A stretch of DNA of 64,000 bases from the IMG/VR virus record IMGVR_UViG_3300035544_000169; one strand, 5' to 3'. The stretch comes from a virus (taxonomy: Duplodnaviria > Heunggongvirae > Uroviricota > Caudoviricetes). The translations under genes were made by a program, and so were the position numbers. Under the pieces are notes generated by a model, which worked only from the letters and a program-made list of their open reading frames with translations, had not been told where the DNA came from and searched no databases. Below, one piece after another: positions 18,551-26,832 of this stretch (positions within the stretch are counted from its first letter, which is position 1; each line of letters starts with the position of its first letter).

Positions 18551-19423
18551 ATGATTTCTGGAATGAAATATTTAGAATTAGAGCTCCATAGTCAATGCAA
18601 CAGAAAATGTTCGTGGTGTCCTAATAAGGATATAGATAGAACTTTTTATGAAGAAATGAGCGATGAACATTTCACAAAAATATTAAAAGAACTTGGAGAA
18701 GATGGTTTTGGCCAGAATGTATTTGTGCAAATAGTTATAGGAAGATATCATGAGCCATTTTTAAATCCTGAACTTTTAAAAAAACGGACTCGGGAAATTA
18801 ATAAAACATTTCCAAACGCAAGAGTTGTTGTAAAAACAAATGGAGATTTTGTTAATGAGAAATCATTAGAAAATCTAATTATAGATAGGTTAAATATTAT
18901 GGATTATGATATGGAAGGAATGGATAAGTGCAAAAAAAGAGTTAAAGATTTAGGGTTCTCTATAATTGAAATTAAAGAAGACACAAAGACGATACATGCT
19001 AAAAGCAAAAATATTGACAAATTAATATATAAAGTTGACTGGCCAAAACATGCTCTACTTGAAGATAGAGGTGGAATTTTAGATGATGAATTTATATATA
19101 ATGAAGATAAGCCACTTTTATGGAGAGGAAAAAAAGAAAAAAGAGATTATGTATGCAGTGAACCTTCTTTGTCAATATATGTAGACTACAACGGGAATGT
19201 AATGCCTTGCTGTCATATGAGAAGCGACCATGATAAGCATAAAAGATTTATTCTTGGAAATATAAAAGAAAAAACTCTTCCAGAAATATATAATTCTAAG
19301 TTTGTTTTTGATTTGTACAACAAGTTTTCTACTGTAGAAACTATGCCTGAGATATGCAAGTACTGCAACAAAGATAGAGAGGGAAGAACACACGCGAAAA
19401 AAGTAAACGGGAATATTGTTTAA
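18551..19423 (+). CDS. Radical SAM domain protein, paralogue 2
   Basis: HSQCNRKCSWCPNK, HEPF, KTNGDF, C-terminal CSEP...YNGNVMPCCHMRSD...CKYCNKD. Same architecture as ORF 5832. Confidence 0.75.
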   Translation: MISGMKYLELELHSQCNRKCSWCPNKDIDRTFYEEMSDEHFTKILKELGEDGFGQNVFVQIVIGRYHEPFLNPELLKKRTREINKTFPNARVVVKTNGDFVNEKSLENLIIDRLNIMDYDMEGMDKCKKRVKDLGFSIIEIKEDTKTIHAKSKNIDKLIYKVDWPKHALLEDRGGILDDEFIYNEDKPLLWRGKKEKRDYVCSEPSLSIYVDYNGNVMPCCHMRSDHDKHKRFILGNIKEKTLPEIYNSKFVFDLYNKFSTVETMPEICKYCNKDREGRTHAKKVNGNIV

Positions 19424-19464
19424 GGGGGTAGTTTAAAATTTTATCAAATATAAAGAGGGTTGAA

Positions 19465-20358
19465 ATTGAAATTTTTAGTCAGTGCAATCGCTCTTGTGAG
19501 TGGTGCACAAACAAATATGTAGATAGAAGTTTTTATAAAGAACTTTCAGAAAATAAATATTTAGAAATATTAAATGAATTAAAAGAATTAGGCTTTAATC
19601 AGCCTAATAAAATATTAACATTAAATGGTTATTCAGAGCCAATGATAAATATTGAGATTCTCAAAAAAAGAGTTAATCAAGCAAGAGATATTTTAGATAA
19701 TGTAAGGATTGACATATCAACAAATGGAGATTTTATAAATTATAATAATTTAGATGGTTTAAATCTTAACAGGCTTCATATTATGGATTATGATATGAAG
19801 GGTATAAATTACTGGAAAAATAAATTAATGGATTCTGGCTGTGGTATTCTTGATGTTATTGAGTGTAAGTCAAAAATATTAGCAACCCATAAAGATGCAA
19901 CAAAAGTTATAGTTATTTATAATTGGCCAGAAAATAAAGAAATAGAGGACAGGGCAGGTATAATAACTGAAGATATATTTTATGAGGATAAAGAATCAAA
20001 TAAAAAGAGAAAGGTAAAATACAAAAATAATAGAGATAACAGAAGTGTTAAATGCTATGAACCATTTATAAATATATCAATTAACTATTTGGGGGAGGTT
20101 AATCCCTGTTGCCATATACGAACAGAACTAGAGGAATTTGAAGATATGTCTTTTGGGAATGTTTTTAAAAATACAGTCTATGAAATATTTTATTCCAAAA
20201 AAGCAAATAGGTTTAGAGATAAATTAAGAAAAGATGTCTCGGAATACCCCGATATGTGTAAGCGGTGCAACAAAATAAGATATAAAAAAGATGATTCTAT
20301 AATAGAGCATTTTGATAATCATTTAAAAAAAATAGAAAATGGTGAGTATGATGGCTAA
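19465..20358 (+). CDS. Radical SAM domain protein, paralogue 3 (no canonical start codon before the Cys motif; possible ATT start after RBS AAGAGGG)
   Basis: In-frame translation from 19432 gives ...NIKRVEIEIFSQCNRSCEWCTNK... SEPM ... STNGDF ... CYEP...YLGEVNPCCHIRTE...CKRCNK. The first ATG (19642) lies downstream of the CxxxCxxC motif. The RBS AAGAGGG is at 19453-19459. Confidence 0.5.
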   Translation: MEIFSQCNRSCEWCTNKYVDRSFYKELSENKYLEILNELKELGFNQPNKILTLNGYSEPMINIEILKKRVNQARDILDNVRIDISTNGDFINYNNLDGLNLNRLHIMDYDMKGINYWKNKLMDSGCGILDVIECKSKILATHKDATKVIVIYNWPENKEIEDRAGIITEDIFYEDKESNKKRKVKYKNNRDNRSVKCYEPFINISINYLGEVNPCCHIRTELEEFEDMSFGNVFKNTVYEIFYSKKANRFRDKLRKDVSEYPDMCKRCNKIRYKKDDSIIEHFDNHLKKIENGEYDG

Positions 20359-20572
20359 ATATAATGTTTTAGATAATGGAGATAGGCTGGTTATTTCAAA
20401 AGGTTATGAAAAATTAACAGATGAAAACGCTGAGCTAGCAAACGACCTAGACTACATTACAAAAGAAGAATTAATAGAGGCAGTTCATGTACTTGCAGCA
20501 GAAATAAGTAAGCTAAAAGGAGAACCATTCGATATTAAATTTACTTATGAGAATAAAAAAAATAAACTTTAA
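20339..20572 (+). CDS. Hypothetical small protein
   Basis: 77-aa ORF overlapping the end of rSAM 3. No motif. Confidence 0.3.
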   Translation: MVSMMAKYNVLDNGDRLVISKGYEKLTDENAELANDLDYITKEELIEAVHVLAAEISKLKGEPFDIKFTYENKKNKL

Positions 20573-20631
20573 GTTTTATGTTTAGTAATGTTTGATAAAT
20601 AAAACTAAAAAAAGAAGGGAGGTGACTATAG

Positions 20632-21225
20632 ATGCCATATAAAGAAAACTTAATAATTGCAATATCGGCAGGACATGGAGGAAAAGACGGGGGGGCTGTT
20701 GACCCTGAAGATAAAAAACATGATGATGATATTTATAAAGATGAAATCTACACAGAAGAGAGCGAAAAGAACTTAAAAGCTGCAAAAATGCTTAAAAGTT
20801 TGTTCGAACTAAAAACAGGGTTTGAAATAGTAATGATTAGGGATAAAGACGAATATGTAAGGCTTAGTGAAAGATGCAATATAGCAAACAATGCAAAGGC
20901 AGATTTATTTATTTCAATCCATGCTAATGCAGCAGCTGCAGAGAGTGCTAGTGGCTTTGAAACACTTCATTATCCTACCAGTACAGGAGGTAAAAAGCTT
21001 GCAGGATTAATACAAGAAGAAGTAATAAGGGACCTTAATCCTCGTGATAGAGGCCTTAAAGAAAGAAAGAACTTATACGTATTAAAACACACTCATATGC
21101 CAGCAGTCTTGATAGAGATGGGTTTTATTACAAATATAGAAGAAGAAAAGAAACTAAATAACGATGACTACTTAAAGTTAATGATGAACGATGTAGTCAA
21201 TGCAGTAATAAGATACAACAGCTAA
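20632..21225 (+). CDS. N-acetylmuramoyl-L-alanine amidase (Amidase_3, CwlC/LytC-type) – endolysin candidate
   Basis: IAISAGHGGKDGGAV ... DLFISIHANAAAA ... Glu and His ligands in Amidase_3 order. The RBS GAAGGGAGG lies upstream. Confidence 0.85.
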   Translation: MPYKENLIIAISAGHGGKDGGAVDPEDKKHDDDIYKDEIYTEESEKNLKAAKMLKSLFELKTGFEIVMIRDKDEYVRLSERCNIANNAKADLFISIHANAAAAESASGFETLHYPTSTGGKKLAGLIQEEVIRDLNPRDRGLKERKNLYVLKHTHMPAVLIEMGFITNIEEEKKLNNDDYLKLMMNDVVNAVIRYNS

Positions 21226-21269
21226 ATTTTTAATAGGGGGAGCATTTAATTAAAAAGGGTGACAAAAAT

Positions 21270-21893
21270 ATGAAAATAATAGCAGACGCAAAAACAAACC
21301 ATAATGGAAATATAGTATTTGCTAAAAAACTAATAGAGGAAGCCTTTATGGCAGGAGCAGATATTATATCCTTTGATGTTAAAGTTCCAGAGCTATCAAT
21401 CACTAGAGATAATTGGTTTAAATTGATTGATACTCCCTGGGGCCAGATGCTCAATATAGATTGTGAAAGAAGATTACAGCTCAAAAAAGAAGAACTGAAA
21501 GAAATAGATAGATATTCAAAAAAAGTTGGTATTAAATGGATGCCTAAAGTATATGACATTAAAAGTTTAAGTTGTGTTTTGCAGTTTGATATTCCATACA
21601 TAGAGCTTTGCAAAGAATTTAAGCAAAAAAGAGATTTAGTTAAAAGTGCAAAAGAAAGTAAAGTTCATATATTATTACCTTCATCTGAACTTAAATTCTC
21701 AGAAGGGTGTGAACTTTCCTTGTACTTTGGTGAAAGATATGCAGAAAAATACGGACTCACCTTTTTAGCTAAAAATAACACTGAGGGTTTCGGCATTATT
21801 AAAAGAGGCCTTACTTTAGATAAAAATATGTGGACTAAAGAAGATAACAATCTTAACAAAACAGAGTTTAAGAATTTTATTTTAAACTTATAA
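21270..21893 (+). CDS. NeuB/SpsE-like (sialic/nonulosonic acid synthase N-terminal TIM-barrel-like) protein, truncated or divergent (no SAF domain)
   Basis: MKIIADAKTNHNGNIVFAKKLIEEAFMAGADIISFDV parallels the NeuB IVAEIGCNHNGS...AKEAGVNAVKFQ. Colinear similarity continues downstream. Only 207 aa, lacking the C-terminal antifreeze-like domain. Confidence 0.4.
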   Translation: MKIIADAKTNHNGNIVFAKKLIEEAFMAGADIISFDVKVPELSITRDNWFKLIDTPWGQMLNIDCERRLQLKKEELKEIDRYSKKVGIKWMPKVYDIKSLSCVLQFDIPYIELCKEFKQKRDLVKSAKESKVHILLPSSELKFSEGCELSLYFGERYAEKYGLTFLAKNNTEGFGIIKRGLTLDKNMWTKEDNNLNKTEFKNFILNL

Positions 21894-21909
21894 AAGGAGG
21901 CAAATATAA

Positions 21910-22605
21910 GTGGAAAAAGTAATGACTAAGATTAGTGACGGCTTAATAAAAAATGAAGACTACAGGTTCAAAAACAAGGAAAAACTAAAAAGTAAAATAA
22001 AAGAGCTTGGCTTTGAAATCGAAGAAGCTCTACCCGACATAGTTAATATAGATAAAAAGGAAGTTTACTATACATTTAATGAGTATAAAGTTGCCGACAC
22101 CGAAAAGTATTTAAAGGTATTAGATGAGCTTAAGATGGGTGATGTTATAAATCAGGAGATTAATAATAAGCTCTTTGATATTACAAGCTTAAGTTTTTTA
22201 TCTTCGATTTATTCAATTATCTCTTACGACAAAAAAAGCGTAACATTTTATTTGTACAAAAAGGGCTTAAATGATGAACAGCTCAACAAACTTAAGAGTA
22301 TGACGAATACTGATGATTTAGTTTTAAGTGAATCTATTTTGGATAAAGCTTACCTTATAGGTCTTGATTACAATCTGGAAACAAAAAAGATAGAAGATAA
22401 TTTAAGACTTTATTTTACAGTAAACAGGGTAAAATACGAAGATGTATCAGAGCCTTTAACTGATGAGGACTTAAAGGAATTCGAAACAATATTAGATGAA
22501 AAAATAAATGATATTAAAACTAGTTTTGAAATAGAAAAAGAACTTGAAGCACTAGCAGTGGTTATAGAAAATGGAGCATTAAAACATTACAATTACTATT
22601 TTTAA
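21910..22605 (+). CDS. Hypothetical protein
   Basis: 231-aa ORF with an RBS AAGGAGG. No motif recognised. Confidence 0.4.
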   Translation: MEKVMTKISDGLIKNEDYRFKNKEKLKSKIKELGFEIEEALPDIVNIDKKEVYYTFNEYKVADTEKYLKVLDELKMGDVINQEINNKLFDITSLSFLSSIYSIISYDKKSVTFYLYKKGLNDEQLNKLKSMTNTDDLVLSESILDKAYLIGLDYNLETKKIEDNLRLYFTVNRVKYEDVSEPLTDEDLKEFETILDEKINDIKTSFEIEKELEALAVVIENGALKHYNYYF

Positions 22606-22619
22606 GGAGTGGAGAGGCT

Positions 22620-23729
22620 TTGGTAATCTTACAGGGGTTTTATTGGAATTGTCTTGAGAATTGGTGGGAGCATTTAGAGTATCTGGCTGAAGAGATAGCA
22701 AACAAGGGCTTTGATACTGTCTGGCTTCCACCTGTTTCAAAGGGCATGAATGGTGCTAACTCAATGGGCTATGATATTAAAGAACATTACAACTTAGATT
22801 CTAGGTTTGGTACTAAAGAAACACTCAAAAAACTAATAAATAAACTACATAAAGAAGATGTTAATGTCATGGCTGATTTAGTATTAGGCCATATGCTTGG
22901 AGGAGAGCTTGAGTACAATCCTTATTTTGATAAAAAAACATACACAAAATTTGAAGATGAATTATTTAAAAAAAATTACAAGCACTTCTGTCACGAATGT
23001 GGTGGCTGCGACAGCCGCAACTCCTTTGGAGAAACAATCTGTTATTACTCTGATGATAAATATATGGCAGATGGTTTAATAAACTGGGCAAAATGGCTCA
23101 AAGATGAGATAGGTTTCGACAGTTTTCGACTAGATAACATAAAAGATATGCGCTGGGATTTTACAAAAGTATTCACACAATATTTTAAGCTTGACACATT
23201 TATGATGGGCGAATACTGGGAAGGTGCAGATTCAAAACTAAATGAGGTTCACTCTTATAATCCAGACTTAAATTTATTAAATTTTCCCTTATTTTACAAA
23301 TTAAGAGATATGTGTATGAACCCTGATTTTGATATCAGAAAACTTGAAGAAATAAACAAAAATAAAAGGGTTAACTTCCTTGCTAATCACGATATTGAAA
23401 GAAGAGAGAGAAGTTCAAATAAGGATGCAATCTCAGAGAAAAAAGAGCTTGCATATGCATATATATTCTTCCAGGACAATCCAGTCGTTGTTTTCTGGGA
23501 TGATTACTTTAGATATGAACTGAAAGACCAAATAGATACTCTTATCGGAGTTAAAAAGAAAACAAAAAAAGAGGGCCTTGAGATTATCAAATCAACATGT
23601 AACATTTACCACGCTAAAAGAGGATGTTACGAACTAATAATCAACAACGGAGGCAACGCAGAAATGGTTCAGGGGTTTAAAATTGAGCCAAGGTCCTACA
23701 TTATCTTAAATGGAGGTGATAAGTTATAA
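22620..23729 (+). CDS. Glycoside hydrolase family 13 alpha-amylase-like catalytic domain protein (TTG start)
   Basis: All four GH13 regions are present: DLVLGHM (I), GFDSFRLDNIKD (II, nucleophile Asp), GEYWEG (III, acid/base Glu), FLANHDI (IV). The N-terminus has GFDTVWLPPVSKG. Confidence 0.8.
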   Translation: MVILQGFYWNCLENWWEHLEYLAEEIANKGFDTVWLPPVSKGMNGANSMGYDIKEHYNLDSRFGTKETLKKLINKLHKEDVNVMADLVLGHMLGGELEYNPYFDKKTYTKFEDELFKKNYKHFCHECGGCDSRNSFGETICYYSDDKYMADGLINWAKWLKDEIGFDSFRLDNIKDMRWDFTKVFTQYFKLDTFMMGEYWEGADSKLNEVHSYNPDLNLLNFPLFYKLRDMCMNPDFDIRKLEEINKNKRVNFLANHDIERRERSSNKDAISEKKELAYAYIFFQDNPVVVFWDDYFRYELKDQIDTLIGVKKKTKKEGLEIIKSTCNIYHAKRGCYELIINNGGNAEMVQGFKIEPRSYIILNGGDKL

Positions 23730-23787
23730 TTCAAAAGGGGCTATCACAGGGGGGACATTAAATATGTCTAGGAGGTAACTTGAGAAG

Positions 23788-24168
23788 ATGGTAGAATTCA
23801 CAAAATTCATTTCAGTACTAGGAGACACACTATCAAACCCTTATCTCTACTTGATAGCTATGTTAGTTGGTGTAATCTATTCGATAGTTAAAGTCATGAT
23901 TGAAAGAGAAAGAGAAAACTCAAAAGAGAAATCGGAGATGCTTGATAAAGTAATCTGTGATGCGGAAGAGACGAGAAAGCTCTTAGCTCAGTCACAAAAA
24001 AATCAGACTAAATTTGCACACACATTAGAGGTGCAGATGGGAGAACACCGTTATGCAATTAAAGAGATAGCAACAGCTGTAGCAGAAATGAGAAATGATT
24101 TAAACGATGTAAAGGTCGACTTAAAGGGAGAGATTGAGAGTATAAAAAAGGATATTGAGAGACGGTAA
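23788..24168 (+). CDS. Membrane-anchored coiled-coil protein (holin/lysis-accessory candidate)
   Basis: N-terminal TM segment LYLIAMLVGVIYSIVKVM followed by a charged coiled-coil region. Confidence 0.4.
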   Translation: MVEFTKFISVLGDTLSNPYLYLIAMLVGVIYSIVKVMIERERENSKEKSEMLDKVICDAEETRKLLAQSQKNQTKFAHTLEVQMGEHRYAIKEIATAVAEMRNDLNDVKVDLKGEIESIKKDIERR

Positions 24169-24212
24169 AGGCATAAAAAGGGGGTTAAAAGGGGGTAAAA
24201 ATTTAAATAGGA

Positions 24213-24458
24213 GTGGTCTTAATGGAAGAAAAAAGAGAGTTTTTAGACAGGGACCAGGATGGAGTAGATGACAGAGTGGAGAGAATTATAGATTATATCT
24301 TAGCCTTGGTGCTTCTTTTGATTACTGTGCCGGCTTTTTTCCTCAAGATGATTGATTTTGAAGATGTAAAAATTGTCTTTTATCTTGTTGTAGGTCTTTC
24401 CGGCGGCATGACGATGCTTAAGGGTATTTTAAAGGAACTGCTTAAGAACTTTAAATAA
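24213..24458 (+). CDS. Small two-TM membrane protein (holin-like)
   Basis: 81 aa. The hydrophobic segments ILALVLLLITVPAFFL and IVFYLVVGLSGGM fit holin class II topology. Confidence 0.4.
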   Translation: MVLMEEKREFLDRDQDGVDDRVERIIDYILALVLLLITVPAFFLKMIDFEDVKIVFYLVVGLSGGMTMLKGILKELLKNFK

Positions 24459-24478
24459 AAAAAAGAAGGTGCGAATTT

Positions 24479-24919
24479 ATGTTTAATAAAATAAAGGAAG
24501 CTTTGGTTTATATTCTATCAGGGATAGGTGCTGCTTTAGCATTTGTTTTCTTCAGCAAAAATAAAGAAAAGGAAGAGATAGAAAGAAAAATCAAAAGCAA
24601 AAAAGAAAAAGAAAAGAGAATTAGAGAAGAGGTAAAAATCAGGCAGGAACAATTAAAAAAAGACGCTAAGAAGTATGACAAAGAGTTTGAGGATTCGATT
24701 CAGAAAACTAAAGATATGAAAGAGAAAAGAGATTTAATTGATAATGAAATCAAACAACAGAAAGAAAAAAATAGGGAGACAGAAAAGGAAATTGAAACCC
24801 TAAAAAAGGAGCTCGAAGACGATGAGAATGCACCCGGAGAATTTGGCGACTCTGATGGCGACGCTGCTTATAATTATATTATTGACAGTATTAATGATGA
24901 TGGGAAGTCAGAAGGCTAA
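24479..24919 (+). CDS. N-terminally anchored K/E-rich coiled-coil protein
   Basis: TM segment ALVYILSGIGAALAFVFF followed by a highly charged coiled coil. Confidence 0.4.
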   Translation: MFNKIKEALVYILSGIGAALAFVFFSKNKEKEEIERKIKSKKEKEKRIREEVKIRQEQLKKDAKKYDKEFEDSIQKTKDMKEKRDLIDNEIKQQKEKNRETEKEIETLKKELEDDENAPGEFGDSDGDAAYNYIIDSINDDGKSEG

Positions 24920-25406
24920 TGCTGAGTCTGCAACAATAGTAGAACTAAGCAACACTATAAAAGCTCAAAAGGCAGAGATAGAAACTCTAAAAAAGATAAT
25001 AGAAAGTAAAAAATATGATTTAACAGAACAGGAAGCTATTGATGTTGCAAATAAGATTAAATCTCTTGAAAATGAAGTATCGAAACTAAAAAGCATTGTA
25101 GCCAAACAGGAATCTTTAATAAAAGGATTAAAAAAGGAGAATGAACTCCAAGATAAATACATATTATCCTTAGAAGATGAAAATGACATGCTTAAAGTTT
25201 CTATTAAAAACCAGAAAGAATCTTTTGACAGTGCAATAGCTAACGCCAATCAGGTGATAGGACTGCAGAAAGAGCAGCTAATGCTTAAAGACGATATAAT
25301 AAATGAACAGGAAAAAATGTATTCAATGAGCTTTATAGAAAAAATTGAGTACATAGCATTAGGTGTAGCCATTTATTCTACAGCTGATTTAGTAATAGAT
25401 AACTAA
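24822..25406 (+). CDS. Secreted/membrane coiled-coil protein with C-terminal TM (start probably internal, overlapping the previous ORF)
   Basis: N-terminal signal/TM LLIIILLTVLMMM, coiled coil, C-terminal YIALGVAIYSTADLVI. Possible spanin-like topology. Confidence 0.35.
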   Translation: MRMHPENLATLMATLLIIILLTVLMMMGSQKANAESATIVELSNTIKAQKAEIETLKKIIESKKYDLTEQEAIDVANKIKSLENEVSKLKSIVAKQESLIKGLKKENELQDKYILSLEDENDMLKVSIKNQKESFDSAIANANQVIGLQKEQLMLKDDIINEQEKMYSMSFIEKIEYIALGVAIYSTADLVIDN

Positions 25407-25419
25407 ATAGAAACAATAA

Positions 25420-25452
25420 AAGCCGCCCTTAAATGGACGGCTTCTTTTTTTA
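25420..25452. terminator. Bidirectional rho-independent terminator between convergent late (+) and early (-) blocks
   Basis: AAGCCG-N12-CGGCTT stem followed by CTTTTTTTTT. T-rich on the opposite strand as well. Confidence 0.65.
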
Positions 25453-25749
25453 TAGTAATGTTTTTATCTTTTTTAGAAATACCATAGCTGATTTATCCTG
25501 TTCTTCAACAATCTCTCCATTTTTAAACAATATAAGTTTCGGAAGTCCTTTTACGTTATACTCTTCAGCTAAAGCCTCAAAAGAGTCAACATCAACTGTG
25601 TAAATATCAAACTTATCAGCATACTGGGCCATTAACCTTCCTTTAAGTTGCTTACACTTTCCACACCATTTAGCATAAAAATCAATCAGAACATATTCAT
25701 CCTGGTTGATAAAATAATTAAACTCATCTATATTTGTAATCTCTATCAT
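25450..25749 (-). CDS. trx: Thioredoxin
   Basis: WCGKCK active site, ~100 aa. Probable start MIEITNIDEF (RBS GGGAGG) overlapping the stop of the upstream gene (TAATG). Confidence 0.8.
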   Translation of the reverse strand: MIEITNIDEFNYFINQDEYVLIDFYAKWCGKCKQLKGRLMAQYADKFDIYTVDVDSFEALAEEYNVKGLPKLILFKNGEIVEEQDKSAMVFLKKIKTLL

Positions 25750-26120
25750 TAATTTAATTCCTCCCATTGCTTAGTATCTTCATTAAAACTTTCTATTTTT
25801 AAATTCCTATCACTCATCCATGCATCAACTTCTTTTTCTATTTGTTTTTTATAGTCATCAACACCCTTTAGAGCATAACTTGTTTTAAGCTTATGCCATT
25901 TTTTAAATTCATCTGTCTTTACAAGTCTTTCAAGTGCAGCCTTTTTATTCTTAGCCTGAGTCCTGTGGTTTCTTGACTCGGCCACAGCCCCTGACTCTTT
26001 ATGTCTAATTCTGACACCAGTTTCTCGTGAGTTTTGGTTTTGTCCGCCCGGGCCACCAGAGCGGAATGTCTCAATTTCTAAATCGTTTTTAGTTACAGAA
26101 AATAGAAGCTCCTTACTCAT
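25749..26120 (-). CDS. ArfB/YaeJ-like peptidyl-tRNA hydrolase (RF-1 GGQ-domain protein); start probably MSKELLF at 26120 (the ORF is open to 26168)
   Basis: SGGPGGQNQNSRETGVRIRH GGQ motif ~23 aa from MSKE, and a basic C-terminal tail, as in ArfB. Confidence 0.6.
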   Translation of the reverse strand: MSKELLFSVTKNDLEIETFRSGGPGGQNQNSRETGVRIRHKESGAVAESRNHRTQAKNKKAALERLVKTDEFKKWHKLKTSYALKGVDDYKKQIEKEVDAWMSDRNLKIESFNEDTKQWEELN

Positions 26121-26247
26121 TGTTGTCATCATCCTCTTTTTTATAGTTTCTGCATTTACCCTTCTCATCTAAAAAAACTTCATCTGTCCAGCATTCGCCT
26201 AAATCATGATATTCGCAATCAGATGCATCGCAATAAGCTCTAGGCAT
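26113..26247 (-). CDS. Small Cys-rich protein (44 aa), overlapping the ArfB-like start
   Basis: MPRAYCDASDCEYHDLGECWTDEVFLDEKGKCRNYKKEDDDNNE. Stop/start overlap ATGAGTAA with the downstream gene. Confidence 0.3.
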   Translation of the reverse strand: MPRAYCDASDCEYHDLGECWTDEVFLDEKGKCRNYKKEDDDNNE

Positions 26248-26578
26248 TATTATCACTCTTCAGGGCATAACCTAAAGCCTCATAAAAAGAGCAGCCACCA
26301 TTATAATACTTTGTTTCAAAGCTTATAGTTCCGTCATCGTTAAAATTAGATTCAAAGATATCATCATAATAAACATCTTCCATTTCAATCCGGTAGATAG
26401 TATCATCGATAACAGCAAACTTCTTGTAAGCAGCTTCCAAAAACTGTTCTTCTAAGCTGTCATAATAGCTTTTAACCTCTGTAATACCAGCTACATCTTT
26501 CATTTGTTCTTCAAGTGTCATACCTTCAGGCCTTGTCAAAGGCACTAACTGACCCTTAAAATGTACCATTTCACTCAT
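26240..26578 (-). CDS. Hypothetical protein
   Basis: 112-aa ORF in a co-directional operon. No motif. Confidence 0.4.
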   Translation of the reverse strand: MSEMVHFKGQLVPLTRPEGMTLEEQMKDVAGITEVKSYYDSLEEQFLEAAYKKFAVIDDTIYRIEMEDVYYDDIFESNFNDDGTISFETKYYNGGCSFYEALGYALKSDNNA

Positions 26579-26832
26579 TAAAATCCCCCCATATCAAACT
26601 CTTTAACTTCACTCTGGTTATAATCTCTAACTTTAATTAGATTTTCAATTGGTATTTTAGTCCATTTCATACCGACTCTATCGAAAGGGTCCTCGGCAGG
26701 GACAACTACCTCAACTTCAGCCTTATCATTTTCTACCTTATTAACTTTAAACTCACAATTGTTATTGATTCCACGGCGTTCGAGCAGTCCTTTGTGATAG
26801 ACAATGTCTCCTTTTTTAATCATCATCATCAA
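26578..26832 (-). CDS. Hypothetical protein
   Basis: 84-aa ORF, stop/start coupled to neighbours. Confidence 0.4.
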   Translation of the reverse strand: MMMMIKKGDIVYHKGLLERRGINNNCEFKVNKVENDKAEVEVVVPAEDPFDRVGMKWTKIPIENLIKVRDYNQSEVKEFDMGGF

